Shown here piece by piece: positions 27,501 through 36,482 of a stretch of 51,781 nt of DNA. This DNA comes from Armatimonadota bacterium (lineage in GTDB: Bacteria; Armatimonadota; UBA10988), in NCBI GenBank assembly GCA_016235455.1, contig JACRKZ010000140.1:1-51781 (forward strand), read 5' to 3'. The stretch's first letter is position 1; each line of letters starts with the position of its first letter. Under the pieces are notes generated by a model. It was not told where the DNA came from. It was given only the letters and a program-made list of their open reading frames with translations, and made no database searches. The position numbers and the translations under genes were made by a program.

Positions 27501-28529
27501 GTCGATGTCGTGGTGCGTGCCGCGCGTGAGTTGGACCGGTGGGGTGCCGTCGAGCGCCAGCCGGTAGATGTGGTAGAAAGCCTCGCCGGCGGGCACGTAG
27601 CTGATCAGTAGTGCCTTGCCGTCGAACGTCGGGCTGGGCGAGCCCACCGCGCCGGCGCCGGCGTCGAACAGGATCGTCGGCTTGCTGTCCGGCCCGTCGG
27701 AGCGCAGCCGATAGAGCTTGTGCCCGACCTTCATCGGTGCGGGCAGGTCGTGCTCGGGGAAGGCGCGGCTGTCGCGCGGGTTGAAGATGGTCACGCTGAG
27801 GCTGTCGTAGCTGTTGCCGGTCCCGCCGGTGGGTCGGTACAGGCTGCAGTCGTCACCCACAAAGGCCATGTCGGCCGGCCACACGAAGTCGGCCGGCGGC
27901 GCGGCGTCGGGCCCGGCATCACGCTGGCCCACGGGTAGCTTGGCCGCGCCGGCGGCCACGCCGCCCCACGGCGCACTGCCCCACGGCGCGATGACTGTGG
28001 CCTGGGCCCAGGCCTGGTCGTTGAACTCGGGCTGTTGCCAGTTGTTCTCTTCGGTTCGGGTGGCCTTCCAGGCGGGCCCGGTGGCGAGCTCGAAGTGCTG
28101 GCCATCCTCCAGGTCGACGACCATCTTGAACAGCAATCCGGCCGGCCCCGGTGCGGTGTTGGCGGCCTCGATGGCGACGGTATTGTGGCCGGCGCTGAGC
28201 AGCGATGCCACGTCGAAGCGCTTGGGTCGGTTCCAGGCGTCGGGGTTGGGCTCGCCCTCACCGGCGAAGCGGCCGTTGATGAAGAAGGTGTAGAGGTTGT
28301 CGCAGGTGACGATGACCTCGGCCGACTTGATGCGCGCCTTCTCCGAGATGGCCACTTGCGCCCGCAAGTAGCAGGTGCCGCGCGGCATGTCCATCAGCGC
28401 CACGCCGGGGTCTGGCGCGTGCCACACCCAGTTGGCGCCCTGGAAGGTGGCTTGGGCATTGGCGGGTAGGACGCCAATGGACAGGACGAGCGCGCCAACG
28501 GCGGCCAGGCCGTACAGTCTGGTTGTCAT
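24558..28529 (-). CDS. Large secreted multidomain protein: lectin/rhamnosidase-N-like domain, TolB-like propeller, hydrazine-synthase-alpha-like middle domain with CxxCH, HEAT repeats
   Basis: Signal peptide; ANWVW...TCDNLY...GHNTVAIEA...GPAGLL...WK; DIDPAELPDGRIVFTSTR; LGTVPLAADGSFAIEVPADTAIALQAVDAEG...RPGEKRGCVGCH; PBS-lyase HEAT repeats. Confidence 0.8.
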   Translation of the reverse strand: MTTRLYGLAAVGALVLSIGVLPANAQATFQGANWVWHAPDPGVALMDMPRGTCYLRAQVAISEKARIKSAEVIVTCDNLYTFFINGRFAGEGEPNPDAWNRPKRFDVASLLSAGHNTVAIEAANTAPGPAGLLFKMVVDLEDGQHFELATGPAWKATRTEENNWQQPEFNDQAWAQATVIAPWGSAPWGGVAAGAAKLPVGQRDAGPDAAPPADFVWPADMAFVGDDCSLYRPTGGTGNSYDSLSVTIFNPRDSRAFPEHDLPAPMKVGHKLYRLRSDGPDSKPTILFDAGAGAVGSPSPTFDGKALLISYVPAGEAFYHIYRLALDGTPPVQLTRGTHHDIDPAELPDGRIVFTSTRAGTFEEYHSPPSRALYTMQADGSDIRPLTRTFIFDNEPEVMADGRIIFIRSDNFFDRGKVETLLHAVHPDGTHGYTEFGLDLGPDYGGRLRAYNVGSPAPLPDGRVAFLTGSGVAIGRPGGTPGDIRHLNVEAGDVAAMPDGRLLVSLPKRLAVSEMVKGGGAHERTYRTLALVDPSQAQPGAVILLKNFETGLHSPVSLLARRRPPVIASGVDRAKEDSPSSTGILVCQNARLTKNTAAGWSHVRAIRVLAGGGQTLRSSHSYIVHAGNTVTELGTVPLAADGSFAIEVPADTAIALQAVDAEGRSELNEMSWIFVRPGEKRGCVGCHQPRQVAPRGGEPLAGAPLAAKVKPVRLVPDRRPFQFRGNNPAVTGMMELQFDRFREIAGLNRHDGLPGDTGAAEVAALANVAAEGPDDQRIGAIQRLAMFRDPKAAPALASCLKSGDRELRLAAAMALASCGNRASVPALLDALADADPIVAQGAAVAVENLTGWRGEFDAFASADKRSAQIAAWRAACSPEAWPARQAELLDRLASGTRDQVRRAAVTLTHSGDASAVPALKAWFTAQRDVNPYPTWRAQGHVSDAAQFNSASAENPRTLQAVTRAMGRLGDESLVPLLAEALGKYGDPGPGNLFLAEACAEALGSIGTKPAEAALIAAFGNLREHWRLSEWYGDHPALMACHASPPHYLILEALDRLGSTQAGPVVPAILRSIPTDPDRLLAYGTDDYEALAGRVIRRSVQAEAVIETCLALLGDQAAKSDPALAAAISTKHGAWAGSPGGDIRAAQTLSALCRDKRYVPRLCAALDRWRQAPCAIKRVFDRGIPVVDELPARHWVSFFLARALGEMGDPSAADSLLAGLASEPEAAHGRPDPLGPGVLFLHNDLTPCWRAECAWALGRLGDRRAIAPLRAVITSDLNAIDTRYAAAVALVALSNAEERAELPKLINQDMETSIQVCLRRGAEM

Positions 28530-28613
28530 GCGTAGGATGCCCCAAAGACCCAGAAGGAGGTCACAGTTGCCAGTTGGACGCCGCGCCGCGGCCTCCTTCG
28601 TTGCGCTCGGGCA

Positions 28614-29756
28614 CTACACCCACCGCGCATAGGCGCCATAGGTGCGCGCCGTCTCCACCATGGCGTGCAGGTTCGCGTCCGGGGTGTCACGGCCACACTG
28701 ATCGCCGGTCGACAGCACGAACCCGCCGCCCTTGGCCGCCGCGTCGATGGCGTTGCGGCTGGCGCGCGCCACCTCGTCCGCGCTGCCGCGCAACATGGTG
28801 GTCGTGGTGTGCAGGTTGCCCTTGAGCACGATCTGGTCGCCGTACAGTCGCTTGAGCTCGGCCAGGTCGCAGTCGCCCATGGGCGGGATCTCCAGCGGGT
28901 CGATGATGGTCAGCTTGGTTTCCAGTGCTGCCATCTTGACCAACTCGGTCTCCGGTCCGCAGGAGTGCACATGGGTCGGGATGCCCAGATCCCAGGCCAG
29001 TTCCGTGGCGCGCTTCAGCACGGGCAGCGCCAGCTCGCGGACGATAGCCGGAGTCTGCCAGATGAGCGTGCCCGAGCTGCCGCAGAAGAGCAGGTCTGGC
29101 CGGCGCTTCATGGCCGCGATGTGCTCCATGCGCCGTTCGACGCGAGCCAGCATCCGCGCCGAGTTCTCTCTGAACGGCCGGGGATCATCGTAGTAGGCGT
29201 AGATCTGCTCTTCGTTGCTGAGATGGGTGGTGTAGCACCCGCTGGAGATGCCGACGATGCCTTGGTCGCCCATCTCTTCGACGACCAGGTCGTAGAGATC
29301 AAGACCCGTCGGCCACTGCTTCACGCCGGTCACCGGCTCCCACGCGCTGGGCACGGCGGGCAGACCGATGACCGCGGGATCGATGCCGCCCGCCGGCGGG
29401 GCGCCGCGCCAGTAGACGGTGACCCGGGGATGCCAGTCGCCGGTCGTCGTGTTGAAGAGCTGGGTCACCGGCGCGTCGTCGGTGTGGCGCGCCACGATGC
29501 GCTCCTCCCACGGCGACGGCGCCTGCTCCTCAAACTCGACGCCGATCGAGTAGACCTCGATCCCGGCATCGAGGTCGAAGTGCTTGGCGGCGTCGATGTG
29601 CGCCTTCCACAACGGCGGGTTCTGGTAGAGGTAGATCTCCCAGAACGGCTTGCCCGTCAGTCGGCAGGGCACCATGTTCGAGATATCCGGGTCAACCGGC
29701 ACACAGTCGGGCAGTTCACCGTGCAATACCGCCAGCAGCCGCTCGCGCGAGGTCAT
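28614..29756 (-). CDS. Uroporphyrinogen decarboxylase / MtaA-CmuA superfamily protein
   Basis: MTSRERLLAVLHGELPDCVPV, HVHSCG, LKGNL, GGFVLSTGDQ...TPDANL. Confidence 0.85.
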   Translation of the reverse strand: MTSRERLLAVLHGELPDCVPVDPDISNMVPCRLTGKPFWEIYLYQNPPLWKAHIDAAKHFDLDAGIEVYSIGVEFEEQAPSPWEERIVARHTDDAPVTQLFNTTTGDWHPRVTVYWRGAPPAGGIDPAVIGLPAVPSAWEPVTGVKQWPTGLDLYDLVVEEMGDQGIVGISSGCYTTHLSNEEQIYAYYDDPRPFRENSARMLARVERRMEHIAAMKRRPDLLFCGSSGTLIWQTPAIVRELALPVLKRATELAWDLGIPTHVHSCGPETELVKMAALETKLTIIDPLEIPPMGDCDLAELKRLYGDQIVLKGNLHTTTTMLRGSADEVARASRNAIDAAAKGGGFVLSTGDQCGRDTPDANLHAMVETARTYGAYARWV

Positions 29757-29791
29757 CGCTCAGCTCCCGTGCGGAGTATACCCGATCGCGC

Positions 29792-32239
29792 TCAACCGCC
29801 CCAACTGACCAGATTGGCCAGCAGACGGTAGGCGCCCGGCACCCCGGCCGGCCACTGGCGGAACAGCGCCAGAGCGCAGTACACGTAGCGGCCGGTGCCC
29901 ACCGATGCGGTCAGCATGATGCCGTCCTTGTCGGGCTCGCCCGGGTCGTGACTGGCCAGCAGCGGCGTGTAGGCGGGGTCGTGGGTGCCCGCGAAGTACA
30001 GCCCACGCTCCTGGGTCCAGCCGTCGAAGTCCGGCGCGCCAAGCCTGTTCGGCGTGGTGAGCAACGGATGGTCGGGTTGCAGCAAACGCACCTCGGCTGT
30101 CTCGTCCGTGACGCGGTCGTGCGGCTGAGCGAAGCCGATGGGGAACGGCGCAAAGCGGCCAGTGGCGAAGGGGTACTTCTGGTAGAACACGACCAGCGTG
30201 CCGCCCGCGCGGGCCCAGTCGAGCAGGCGCGCATTGGCCGCGCCGAGCGCCGGGTTGGTCTCATAGGCGCGCGCGCCGATGACGATCGTGTTCAGCCCCT
30301 CAAACGCGCCGCTGGCCAGTGCCGCGTCGTCGAGCACGCGCGGTTTGAGGCCCAGCCGCCGCAGCGCCGGCATGGTCTCGTCTTCCGGCCCGACCACCAC
30401 GCCGATGCGCCGGTCGGTGGCCAGCTTGACCGCCACTTCGGCCACGCGCAGCCGCGCCGGCTCGAGCCAGACGTACGGCGGCAGATGCTCGTAGGCCACG
30501 CTGTGCAGCGTAAGCAGCGGCGCGGCCGAGCCGGGCACCTGGAGCGGACCGTCCAGCGCGGGCACGTCAACCACGCTGGGCTGCACATTGTCCAGCTTGA
30601 GTTGTGCGGGCGGTGGGTCCTGGCCCGGCGCGTGGAGGATGACCGCGTCCAACGGCCGACCAGTGACGGCGGGCACCAGCGCCACGGCGCGGCGGCGCTC
30701 ACCCAGTCGCGGATCGGACCAGCGGTACTCCACGGGTCGGGTGATGGTCAGCGGCACGCCGTCGACCACCGTGGCCAGCGTCACCGTGAGCGGCGGGGGA
30801 TCGAGCGGGCGGCCCAGATCGCGCAGGTTCGGCACGGTATAGCGCCAGCCCGCGCGCGGCGCGCGCAGCCAACTGGGCGGCAGCGGCTCAGCGCTGCTGG
30901 GTGCCGTCACGGCAAAGCCCATGGCCACCTGGCCGGGGCCGTTGCCCAGCAGCGGCGGGGGGCCGTCGAGCGCCTGGTTGGGCCAGCCTTGCGGCGTGTT
31001 GAGCGTGATGCGCACGGTGTCCAGCGGCGTGCTGAGCGGCGCCAGAGCCTGGGCCGACACGGTGGCCTGCTCGCCGGGCGTCAGCAGGCCATGGTCGCAC
31101 AACGCATCGAGCCGCACGCCGGCGGCCTCGGCCAGCGCCAACTGCGCGAGCGCGATCTTGGACCGCACGGCCAGCCGCTGCGTGGCGCTGTCGCTGGTCG
31201 GCGGCGCGCCGTCGTCCATCAACTCGTCCGCGCGGCGCAGGGCGCGCAGGGCCTTGGCCGTTTCGCCGACGATGGTGCGCGGGTAGAGCCCGACCCCAGG
31301 CAGGCTGGCCGACGCCGTGGTAACCGCCTCCTGCGCTTCGCCGAGTACCGCCCTGAGTCGTGCATCGCCGCCGGCCAGGCCAACCAGGCTCAGATCCAGG
31401 CCGGCCAGCAGGTCGTCCGTGGGCCGGGTGGGCACGGTGGAGTCCAGCACCTTGAGGCGCGAGGCGGCCTGGCCCAGCGGCTGCACCATGCCCATGTCCT
31501 GGCTGCGGTGCTGGCTGCGGCCCAGGGCGGCGAGCTCGGCCGGGGACCTGCCATAAAGCGGCAGCCAGTTGCCCAACGGCACGAGGCAGTCGGCGCCGGG
31601 CAGCGCGCCGCGGTCAAGGTAGAGCCGCTGTGCCTGCCACGGCAGGTAGCCCGCGGCGATCTGCTCGGGGAACTGCGTCGGATCGGCGGCGGCACGGAAG
31701 GCGCGGCGGCAGAGCAGGCCCGATGCCTGGTGGTGGCCGTGGCCATCGCCGGGGTCGCCGGCGAACCGCTGCACCACCACTTGCGGACGGTAGCGGCGGA
31801 TGGCCAGCACGATGTCGCCCAGCGCCGCCTGCTCACCCCACAAGCGCAGGGCCTCGTTCGCGCTCTTGGAGAAACCGAAGTCGTAGCACGCGCCAAATGT
31901 CTGCTCGGCGCCGTCGATGGCGCGCGCGGCCAGCAGTTCGTGGGTGCGCAGCAGGCCGAGCGCCGGGCCGAGTTCGGGACCGATGCTGTTCTGGCCCCCT
32001 TCGCCGCGCGTCAGCGAGAGGTAGATCGTCTGCGCGCCGCGCTCGCGTACCAGGGCGGCCAGCAGCGCGCTGTCCTCGTCGTCGGGATGGGCCGCGACGT
32101 GCAGTACGCGCGCGGTGGTGCCTAGAGCCTGCAGGTGCTGGGCGAGGTCGACCAGCCCTTGCGCGGCCGCGACACGCGCCGTGCCGGCCAGGACGGGCAG
32201 TAGCAGCAGCAGCCAGCGGTATCGGCGAGCAAGGCCCAT
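29792..32239 (-). CDS. Secreted PIG-L family deacetylase with C-terminal glutamine-amidotransferase-like domain
   Basis: AHPDDE, TRGEGGQN, DFGFSKS, HGHHQAS, SQHRSQ, FDGWTQERGLYF, LFRQWPAGVPGAYRLLANL. Confidence 0.9.
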   Translation of the reverse strand: MGLARRYRWLLLLLPVLAGTARVAAAQGLVDLAQHLQALGTTARVLHVAAHPDDEDSALLAALVRERGAQTIYLSLTRGEGGQNSIGPELGPALGLLRTHELLAARAIDGAEQTFGACYDFGFSKSANEALRLWGEQAALGDIVLAIRRYRPQVVVQRFAGDPGDGHGHHQASGLLCRRAFRAAADPTQFPEQIAAGYLPWQAQRLYLDRGALPGADCLVPLGNWLPLYGRSPAELAALGRSQHRSQDMGMVQPLGQAASRLKVLDSTVPTRPTDDLLAGLDLSLVGLAGGDARLRAVLGEAQEAVTTASASLPGVGLYPRTIVGETAKALRALRRADELMDDGAPPTSDSATQRLAVRSKIALAQLALAEAAGVRLDALCDHGLLTPGEQATVSAQALAPLSTPLDTVRITLNTPQGWPNQALDGPPPLLGNGPGQVAMGFAVTAPSSAEPLPPSWLRAPRAGWRYTVPNLRDLGRPLDPPPLTVTLATVVDGVPLTITRPVEYRWSDPRLGERRRAVALVPAVTGRPLDAVILHAPGQDPPPAQLKLDNVQPSVVDVPALDGPLQVPGSAAPLLTLHSVAYEHLPPYVWLEPARLRVAEVAVKLATDRRIGVVVGPEDETMPALRRLGLKPRVLDDAALASGAFEGLNTIVIGARAYETNPALGAANARLLDWARAGGTLVVFYQKYPFATGRFAPFPIGFAQPHDRVTDETAEVRLLQPDHPLLTTPNRLGAPDFDGWTQERGLYFAGTHDPAYTPLLASHDPGEPDKDGIMLTASVGTGRYVYCALALFRQWPAGVPGAYRLLANLVSWGG

Positions 32240-32266
32240 CGTGCACCTCCGCTGGCTATTGTAACG

Positions 32267-33232
32267 TCAGCGGCGCTTGGCGGTCGGCTCCGGCTGCGGC
32301 GTTTGCGCCTGGAGCCCGTCGAGGTACGCGTGGCACTCAGGCGGCAGCGTGGCGGCGACGCCGTCCTCGGGGTACCAGTCGTGCGGTTGGCCGCGCTCGG
32401 CGAGCAGCTTGATGCGGATGCGTGCGCCCACCACAGCGGCCAGCATCATAGCCAACGACAGCGCCTGGCCGCCGTTGAACACGTGCGGGATGATCCAGAT
32501 GCTCTCCTCCCGCGCGAAGTCGGTGAGGATGCGCATCAGCCCGTAGCCGCCGAGGAACCAGAAGCAGGTGAAGCCCGGCACGCGATCGAAGCGTGTGCGC
32601 GGCTTGCGGCGCAGCAGGTAGAGCAGCCACAGGCCCAGCGCCCAGTGTGTGAGCGCCGAGTAGAGCTGCACGGGATGGCGCGGCACGTTGATGCCGTTGA
32701 TCCACTCGCTGGGCGGCAACCGGTCGAAGATGACCCCCCAGCCGCCGGCGGTGGGGATGCCGACCAGCTCCGAGTTGATGTAGTTGGCCACGCGCCCGAA
32801 GCCCAGCGCGATGGCAAAGATCCACATGATCCGGTCCGACGCGTGCCAGAATCCGAGGCGGTGCTTTCGGCAGTAGAAGTACTCGGCGACGAACAACGTG
32901 AACGCGGCGCCGAAGAAGGCCATGCCGCCATGCCACACCTTGGGCACCTCGGCCCAGCCCTGCCAGGTCAGCAGCGAGGCGGGCTGGTTGAGCACGAAGT
33001 AGCCCACGCGCCCGCCGACGATGATCGACAGGATGAGCAGCAGCGCGCCCTCTTCCAGTCGGTCCATATCGGCGTTGGGGATCTTGCGTGACACCGTCGC
33101 CCGGTACAGCGCGGTGTAGATGGACAGGAAGCAGATGATGTAGGGCAGGCTGTACCAGCGCACGCCCAATTCCTGGCCGGCAAGGTGCCACGGGCCGAGG
33201 ATGAACGGGTCGAGGTTGTTGTGCCAGATCAT
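32267..33232 (-). CDS. lgt: Prolipoprotein diacylglyceryl transferase
   Basis: VRWYSL, GGRVGY, WHGGMAFFG, GRVANYINSELVG, RHPVQLY. Confidence 0.93.
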   Translation of the reverse strand: MIWHNNLDPFILGPWHLAGQELGVRWYSLPYIICFLSIYTALYRATVSRKIPNADMDRLEEGALLLILSIIVGGRVGYFVLNQPASLLTWQGWAEVPKVWHGGMAFFGAAFTLFVAEYFYCRKHRLGFWHASDRIMWIFAIALGFGRVANYINSELVGIPTAGGWGVIFDRLPPSEWINGINVPRHPVQLYSALTHWALGLWLLYLLRRKPRTRFDRVPGFTCFWFLGGYGLMRILTDFAREESIWIIPHVFNGGQALSLAMMLAAVVGARIRIKLLAERGQPHDWYPEDGVAATLPPECHAYLDGLQAQTPQPEPTAKRR

Positions 33233-33239
33233 GACGGCA

Positions 33240-33268
33240 AGGGTACGCGCGTCCGTGGGTGCGGTCAA
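33240..33268 (-). promoter_or_regulatory. Sigma70-type promoter giving a probably leaderless lgt mRNA
   Basis: TTGACC-N17-TACCCT-N7-ATG with no Shine-Dalgarno sequence. Confidence 0.6.
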
Positions 33269-33287
33269 GCTCGCTTCGCTCGCGGCC

Positions 33288-33370
33288 GGGACGTGGGTGG
33301 TGGGACGTGGGACGTCGGCCCGATGGCGCCCAGAGCGCACCGACGACCGACGTCACGCCACCCGCATCCC
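33288..33370. repeat. Inverted heptamer tandem arrays
   Basis: GGGACGT GGGTGGT GGGACGT GGGACGT (33288-33315) facing ACCGACG ACCGACG TCACGCC ACCCGCA TCCC (33339-33370). Confidence 0.6.
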
Positions 33371-33380
33371 AGGCGCGAGA

Positions 33381-34025
33381 CTATCCGCGGGCCTGCCGGA
33401 CCGCATCGACGAACCGGGTGGCCAGGGCGGCGATGCCGTCCCAGTCGCGCGCGGCGATGAGCCGGCCGACCATGAGCGACGAGCCCACCGCCACGGCGCT
33501 GGCGCCGGCCCGGATGTGCTCGGCCACGTTGTCCAGGTCGATGCCGCCGGTGGGTACCAGGTCGATCTGCGGCAGCGGCGCCTTGAGCGCCTTGATGTAC
33601 TTGGCGCCGCCCATGTTGTCCACGGGGAAGACCTTGACCAGGTCGGCGCCCTGCTCCCAGGCGGTGACGATCTCGGTCGGTGTCAACGCGCCGGGCAGCG
33701 AGACGATGCCGTAGCGGCGGCAAAGCTCGAGCGTCTCGCGCCGCGTGTTGGGCGAGACGATGAAGGAGGCGCCGGCGTCGATGGCGGCGCGCGCCGATTC
33801 GGGGTCGAGCACGGTGCCCGCGCCGATGCAGAACCGGTCGCCATACTCGGCGCGCAGCTCGGCGATGACGCGCAGCGCGCCCGGCGTGGTCAGCGTGACT
33901 TCCAGGCACGGTATGCCGCCGCGCAGGATGGCTTCAGCGATATGCTTGGCCGTCTCGGCGCTGTCGATGCGGATGATCGGCACCAGGCCGACATTGAGGA
34001 TCTGAGCCTGTACGGTCTGCTTCAT
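33381..34025 (-). CDS. eda: KDPG/KHG aldolase
   Basis: [34 protein letters not shown]. Confidence 0.93.
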   Translation of the reverse strand: MKQTVQAQILNVGLVPIIRIDSAETAKHIAEAILRGGIPCLEVTLTTPGALRVIAELRAEYGDRFCIGAGTVLDPESARAAIDAGASFIVSPNTRRETLELCRRYGIVSLPGALTPTEIVTAWEQGADLVKVFPVDNMGGAKYIKALKAPLPQIDLVPTGGIDLDNVAEHIRAGASAVAVGSSLMVGRLIAARDWDGIAALATRFVDAVRQARG

Positions 34026-34038
34026 CGGGTTGCTCCGC

Positions 34039-35064
34039 TCACCGCTTCACGCGCAGGCCGCCGCCGCGCAGCACGGCTTCGACCTCGCCCTTGGTGACCC
34101 AGTTGAAATCGCTGGGGATGCTGTGCTTGATGGCCGAGAAGGCGTTGCCAAATCGCAGCGCGTAGTCGACATCGCCGTTCAAATAGCCATAGATGAACCC
34201 GCCGGCGAAGCTGTCGCCACCGCCGAAGCGGTCGACGATCTCGACTTCGCGGCTGACATCGCTGTAGATGCGGCCCTGCTGCCAGGCGATGGCGCTCCAG
34301 CCGTTGAACCACACCGACGGGTTGGAGCGCAACGTGATGGCCACGGTATCGTGTCCGAAACGCTCGCCGAGCTTGGCCGCCACCTGGGCGTAGGTCGAGG
34401 CTTCGACCTCGGCAAAATGCTCGTCCTGGCCGCCGTCGGCCTCGATGCCGAAGACCACCTTGGTATCTTCCTCAGTGGTGATGAGCACGTCCACCAGCGG
34501 CATCAGTGGCTCCTGCACCTCGCGGGCGCGCTCGGGGCTCCACAGCTTGCCGCGGAAGTTCAGGTCGTAGCTGGTGGTCAGGCCGGCGGCCTTGGCCGCG
34601 ACCAGCGCCTCGCGGGTCACCTCGGCCAGGCTGTCGGAGAGCGCCGGCGTGATGCCCGAGGTGTGGAAGTGGCGACTGCCCGCGAACAGGCTCGCCCAGT
34701 CCACCTCGCCCGGCTGGAGGCGCGTGATGGCCGCGCCCGCGCGGTCGTACAGCACGTTGGTGGCGCGCGGCGACGCGCCGAACTCGACGTAGTAGACGCC
34801 GACGCGCTCGTCGCTGCCGCCCCACACGATGCCTTCGTCGCTGATGCCCTGCTCGCGCGCCTTGTTGCGGATGTGCCGGCCGAGCGGCTGGTCGGGCAGA
34901 CGCGAGACCCAGGCGGTCCGCAGCCCTAGCCGTGCGCAAGCCACGGCCACGTTGAGCTCCGCGCCGCCGGGCCGCATGTCGAGGCTGTTGGCCTGTTCGA
35001 GCCGTTCGAAGTTGGGTGGCGCGAGCCGCAGCATGGCCTCGCCGAAAGTGATCACGTCGTACAT
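34039..35064 (-). CDS. kdgK: 2-keto-3-deoxygluconate kinase (PfkB family)
   Basis: FGEAMLRL, GGAELNVA, HTSGITPAL, DLNFRGKLWS, VDRFGGGDSFAGG; adjacent to eda. Confidence 0.88.
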   Translation of the reverse strand: MYDVITFGEAMLRLAPPNFERLEQANSLDMRPGGAELNVAVACARLGLRTAWVSRLPDQPLGRHIRNKAREQGISDEGIVWGGSDERVGVYYVEFGASPRATNVLYDRAGAAITRLQPGEVDWASLFAGSRHFHTSGITPALSDSLAEVTREALVAAKAAGLTTSYDLNFRGKLWSPERAREVQEPLMPLVDVLITTEEDTKVVFGIEADGGQDEHFAEVEASTYAQVAAKLGERFGHDTVAITLRSNPSVWFNGWSAIAWQQGRIYSDVSREVEIVDRFGGGDSFAGGFIYGYLNGDVDYALRFGNAFSAIKHSIPSDFNWVTKGEVEAVLRGGGLRVKR

Positions 35065-35091
35065 CGTGGGCCGTCTCCCGCAGCCGTCGGC

Positions 35092-35120
35092 ATTCTAGCC
35101 CAGAGGTCGGGTGGTGGCAA
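35092..35120 (-). promoter_or_regulatory. Putative sigma70-type promoter of kdgK-eda
   Basis: TTGCCA-N17-TAGAAT. Confidence 0.6.
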
Positions 35121-35204
35121 CGGTTGCCGGCCAGTACGGCAGACGAACGACATCGTCGGCACGGCGGTTCGCCGTCCCGCGTCCCACCGCTTGCCACGGG
35201 CGCC

Positions 35205-36482
35205 TCAGTGGTACCCGTCGCCTTGGGCTTCGAGGATGGCCACGATCGGGTCGAACATCGTCTCGATGGGCGCCAGTTCCCGCTCCAGCCGGCATTCGGG
35301 CTGGTAGGTGAAGGGGTCGTTGCCGTCGGCCAGGCCGCGGCCGAGCTCCACCAGGTAGAGGAATGTGCGCAGCGGCACATCAGGTGGCACGCCGTGGTCG
35401 ACCGTGGGGATGTAGCGCCCGTAGTGCCAGGCCTGGCGGTAGCGGCGGGTGGTCTCGGCACGCGCCTGCGGCTTGTCGAAGCGCAACTCACGCTTGTCGA
35501 TGCCGCCGTCGAGCAGCAGACGGGGGAAGGCTTCCAGGTAGTCGCCGGGGTCGTTGTCCGAGGCGATCTCTACGGGTGAGATGCCGTCGATGACGCCCGC
35601 CTCGCCGTGAAAGACGGGCACGATCTGGCCGATGTGGCCGTCGCTGTCCATCATCACCGCCTGCACGCCATGGCCCTTGAAGAACTCATACAGCCGGCGG
35701 TAGCGCGGCACCATGAACTCGCGCATCATGGCCGGCGAGAGCATCGCGGCATGCTTGTAGGCCATGTCCTCGTTGAGGATGACCTGGTCGATGCGCACGC
35801 GCGACAGCGGTTCGTCGAGCAGGTCGATGATGAAGTTGGTCCAGTGCTCCATCATGGCGTGTACGCAGGCGGGTTCCAGGCTGGCCAGCAGGCTCAGGCC
35901 CTCGAACCCGGCCCAATCGCGCGCAGTCCAGTAGAGGCCCGGCACGGTCAGCGTCGTCGGCGCGTCACCAAGGTTCAGGCGCGCGGCGTGGGCCGGGTCG
36001 TCATAGGCGGTCCCGGCGTGATGCACGCGGTAGCCGTCGGGGTTGTAGGTCGGCCGCTCGTTCTCGCCGGGTTGCGGCACGAGCCGGCCCGGGGTCCGCG
36101 CGTCGTAGCGGAAGCGCATGGCCTCGAAGTCGGCCAGCGACTTGACGGGGAACTCCAGATACTGCCGCGTGGCGAACCCCGCCGTCGGCTGCCGGATGGC
36201 GTCGACGCGCCGCACGCCCCATTCGTCGCACCACTCGCGCTGGTTGCCCTCTTCGCGGATGATGCGGACATCGAAGAACGGGATCGGCTGGCAGTTGAGC
36301 TTGCCGAAGCCGACCCACGGGTCGCCGCCCAGCCACGACCAGAAGCGACCATCGAGCTCGGGCGTCAGGCCTTGGCGTCGCCAAGCCGCCATGGTGCTCT
36401 GGCGGGGCCCGCCAAAGGCGTACGGCAGGCGATCCAGTCGCTCACCTTGCACATAGGCGCGGTAGCGCTCACGGGGCGTCAT
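35205..36482 (-). CDS. Uroporphyrinogen decarboxylase / MtaA superfamily protein (second copy)
   Basis: MTPRERY, DEWGV, NEDMAYK..MLSP, MDSDG, GGIDKR, YIPTVDHGVPPDV. Start could be 36494. Confidence 0.85.
   Translation of the reverse strand: MTPRERYRAYVQGERLDRLPYAFGGPRQSTMAAWRRQGLTPELDGRFWSWLGGDPWVGFGKLNCQPIPFFDVRIIREEGNQREWCDEWGVRRVDAIRQPTAGFATRQYLEFPVKSLADFEAMRFRYDARTPGRLVPQPGENERPTYNPDGYRVHHAGTAYDDPAHAARLNLGDAPTTLTVPGLYWTARDWAGFEGLSLLASLEPACVHAMMEHWTNFIIDLLDEPLSRVRIDQVILNEDMAYKHAAMLSPAMMREFMVPRYRRLYEFFKGHGVQAVMMDSDGHIGQIVPVFHGEAGVIDGISPVEIASDNDPGDYLEAFPRLLLDGGIDKRELRFDKPQARAETTRRYRQAWHYGRYIPTVDHGVPPDVPLRTFLYLVELGRGLADGNDPFTYQPECRLERELAPIETMFDPIVAILEAQGDGYH

Noticed and set aside
24558-28529. 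Anammox hydrazine synthase
   Set aside because: Only one CxxCH, extra lectin and HEAT domains, and no hzsB/hzsC or hao-like genes in the window.
28614-29756. hemE assignment for the URO-D-like genes given nearby hemL
   Set aside because: Both lack the HemE W.MRQAGR motif and resemble the MtaA/CmuA-like branch.
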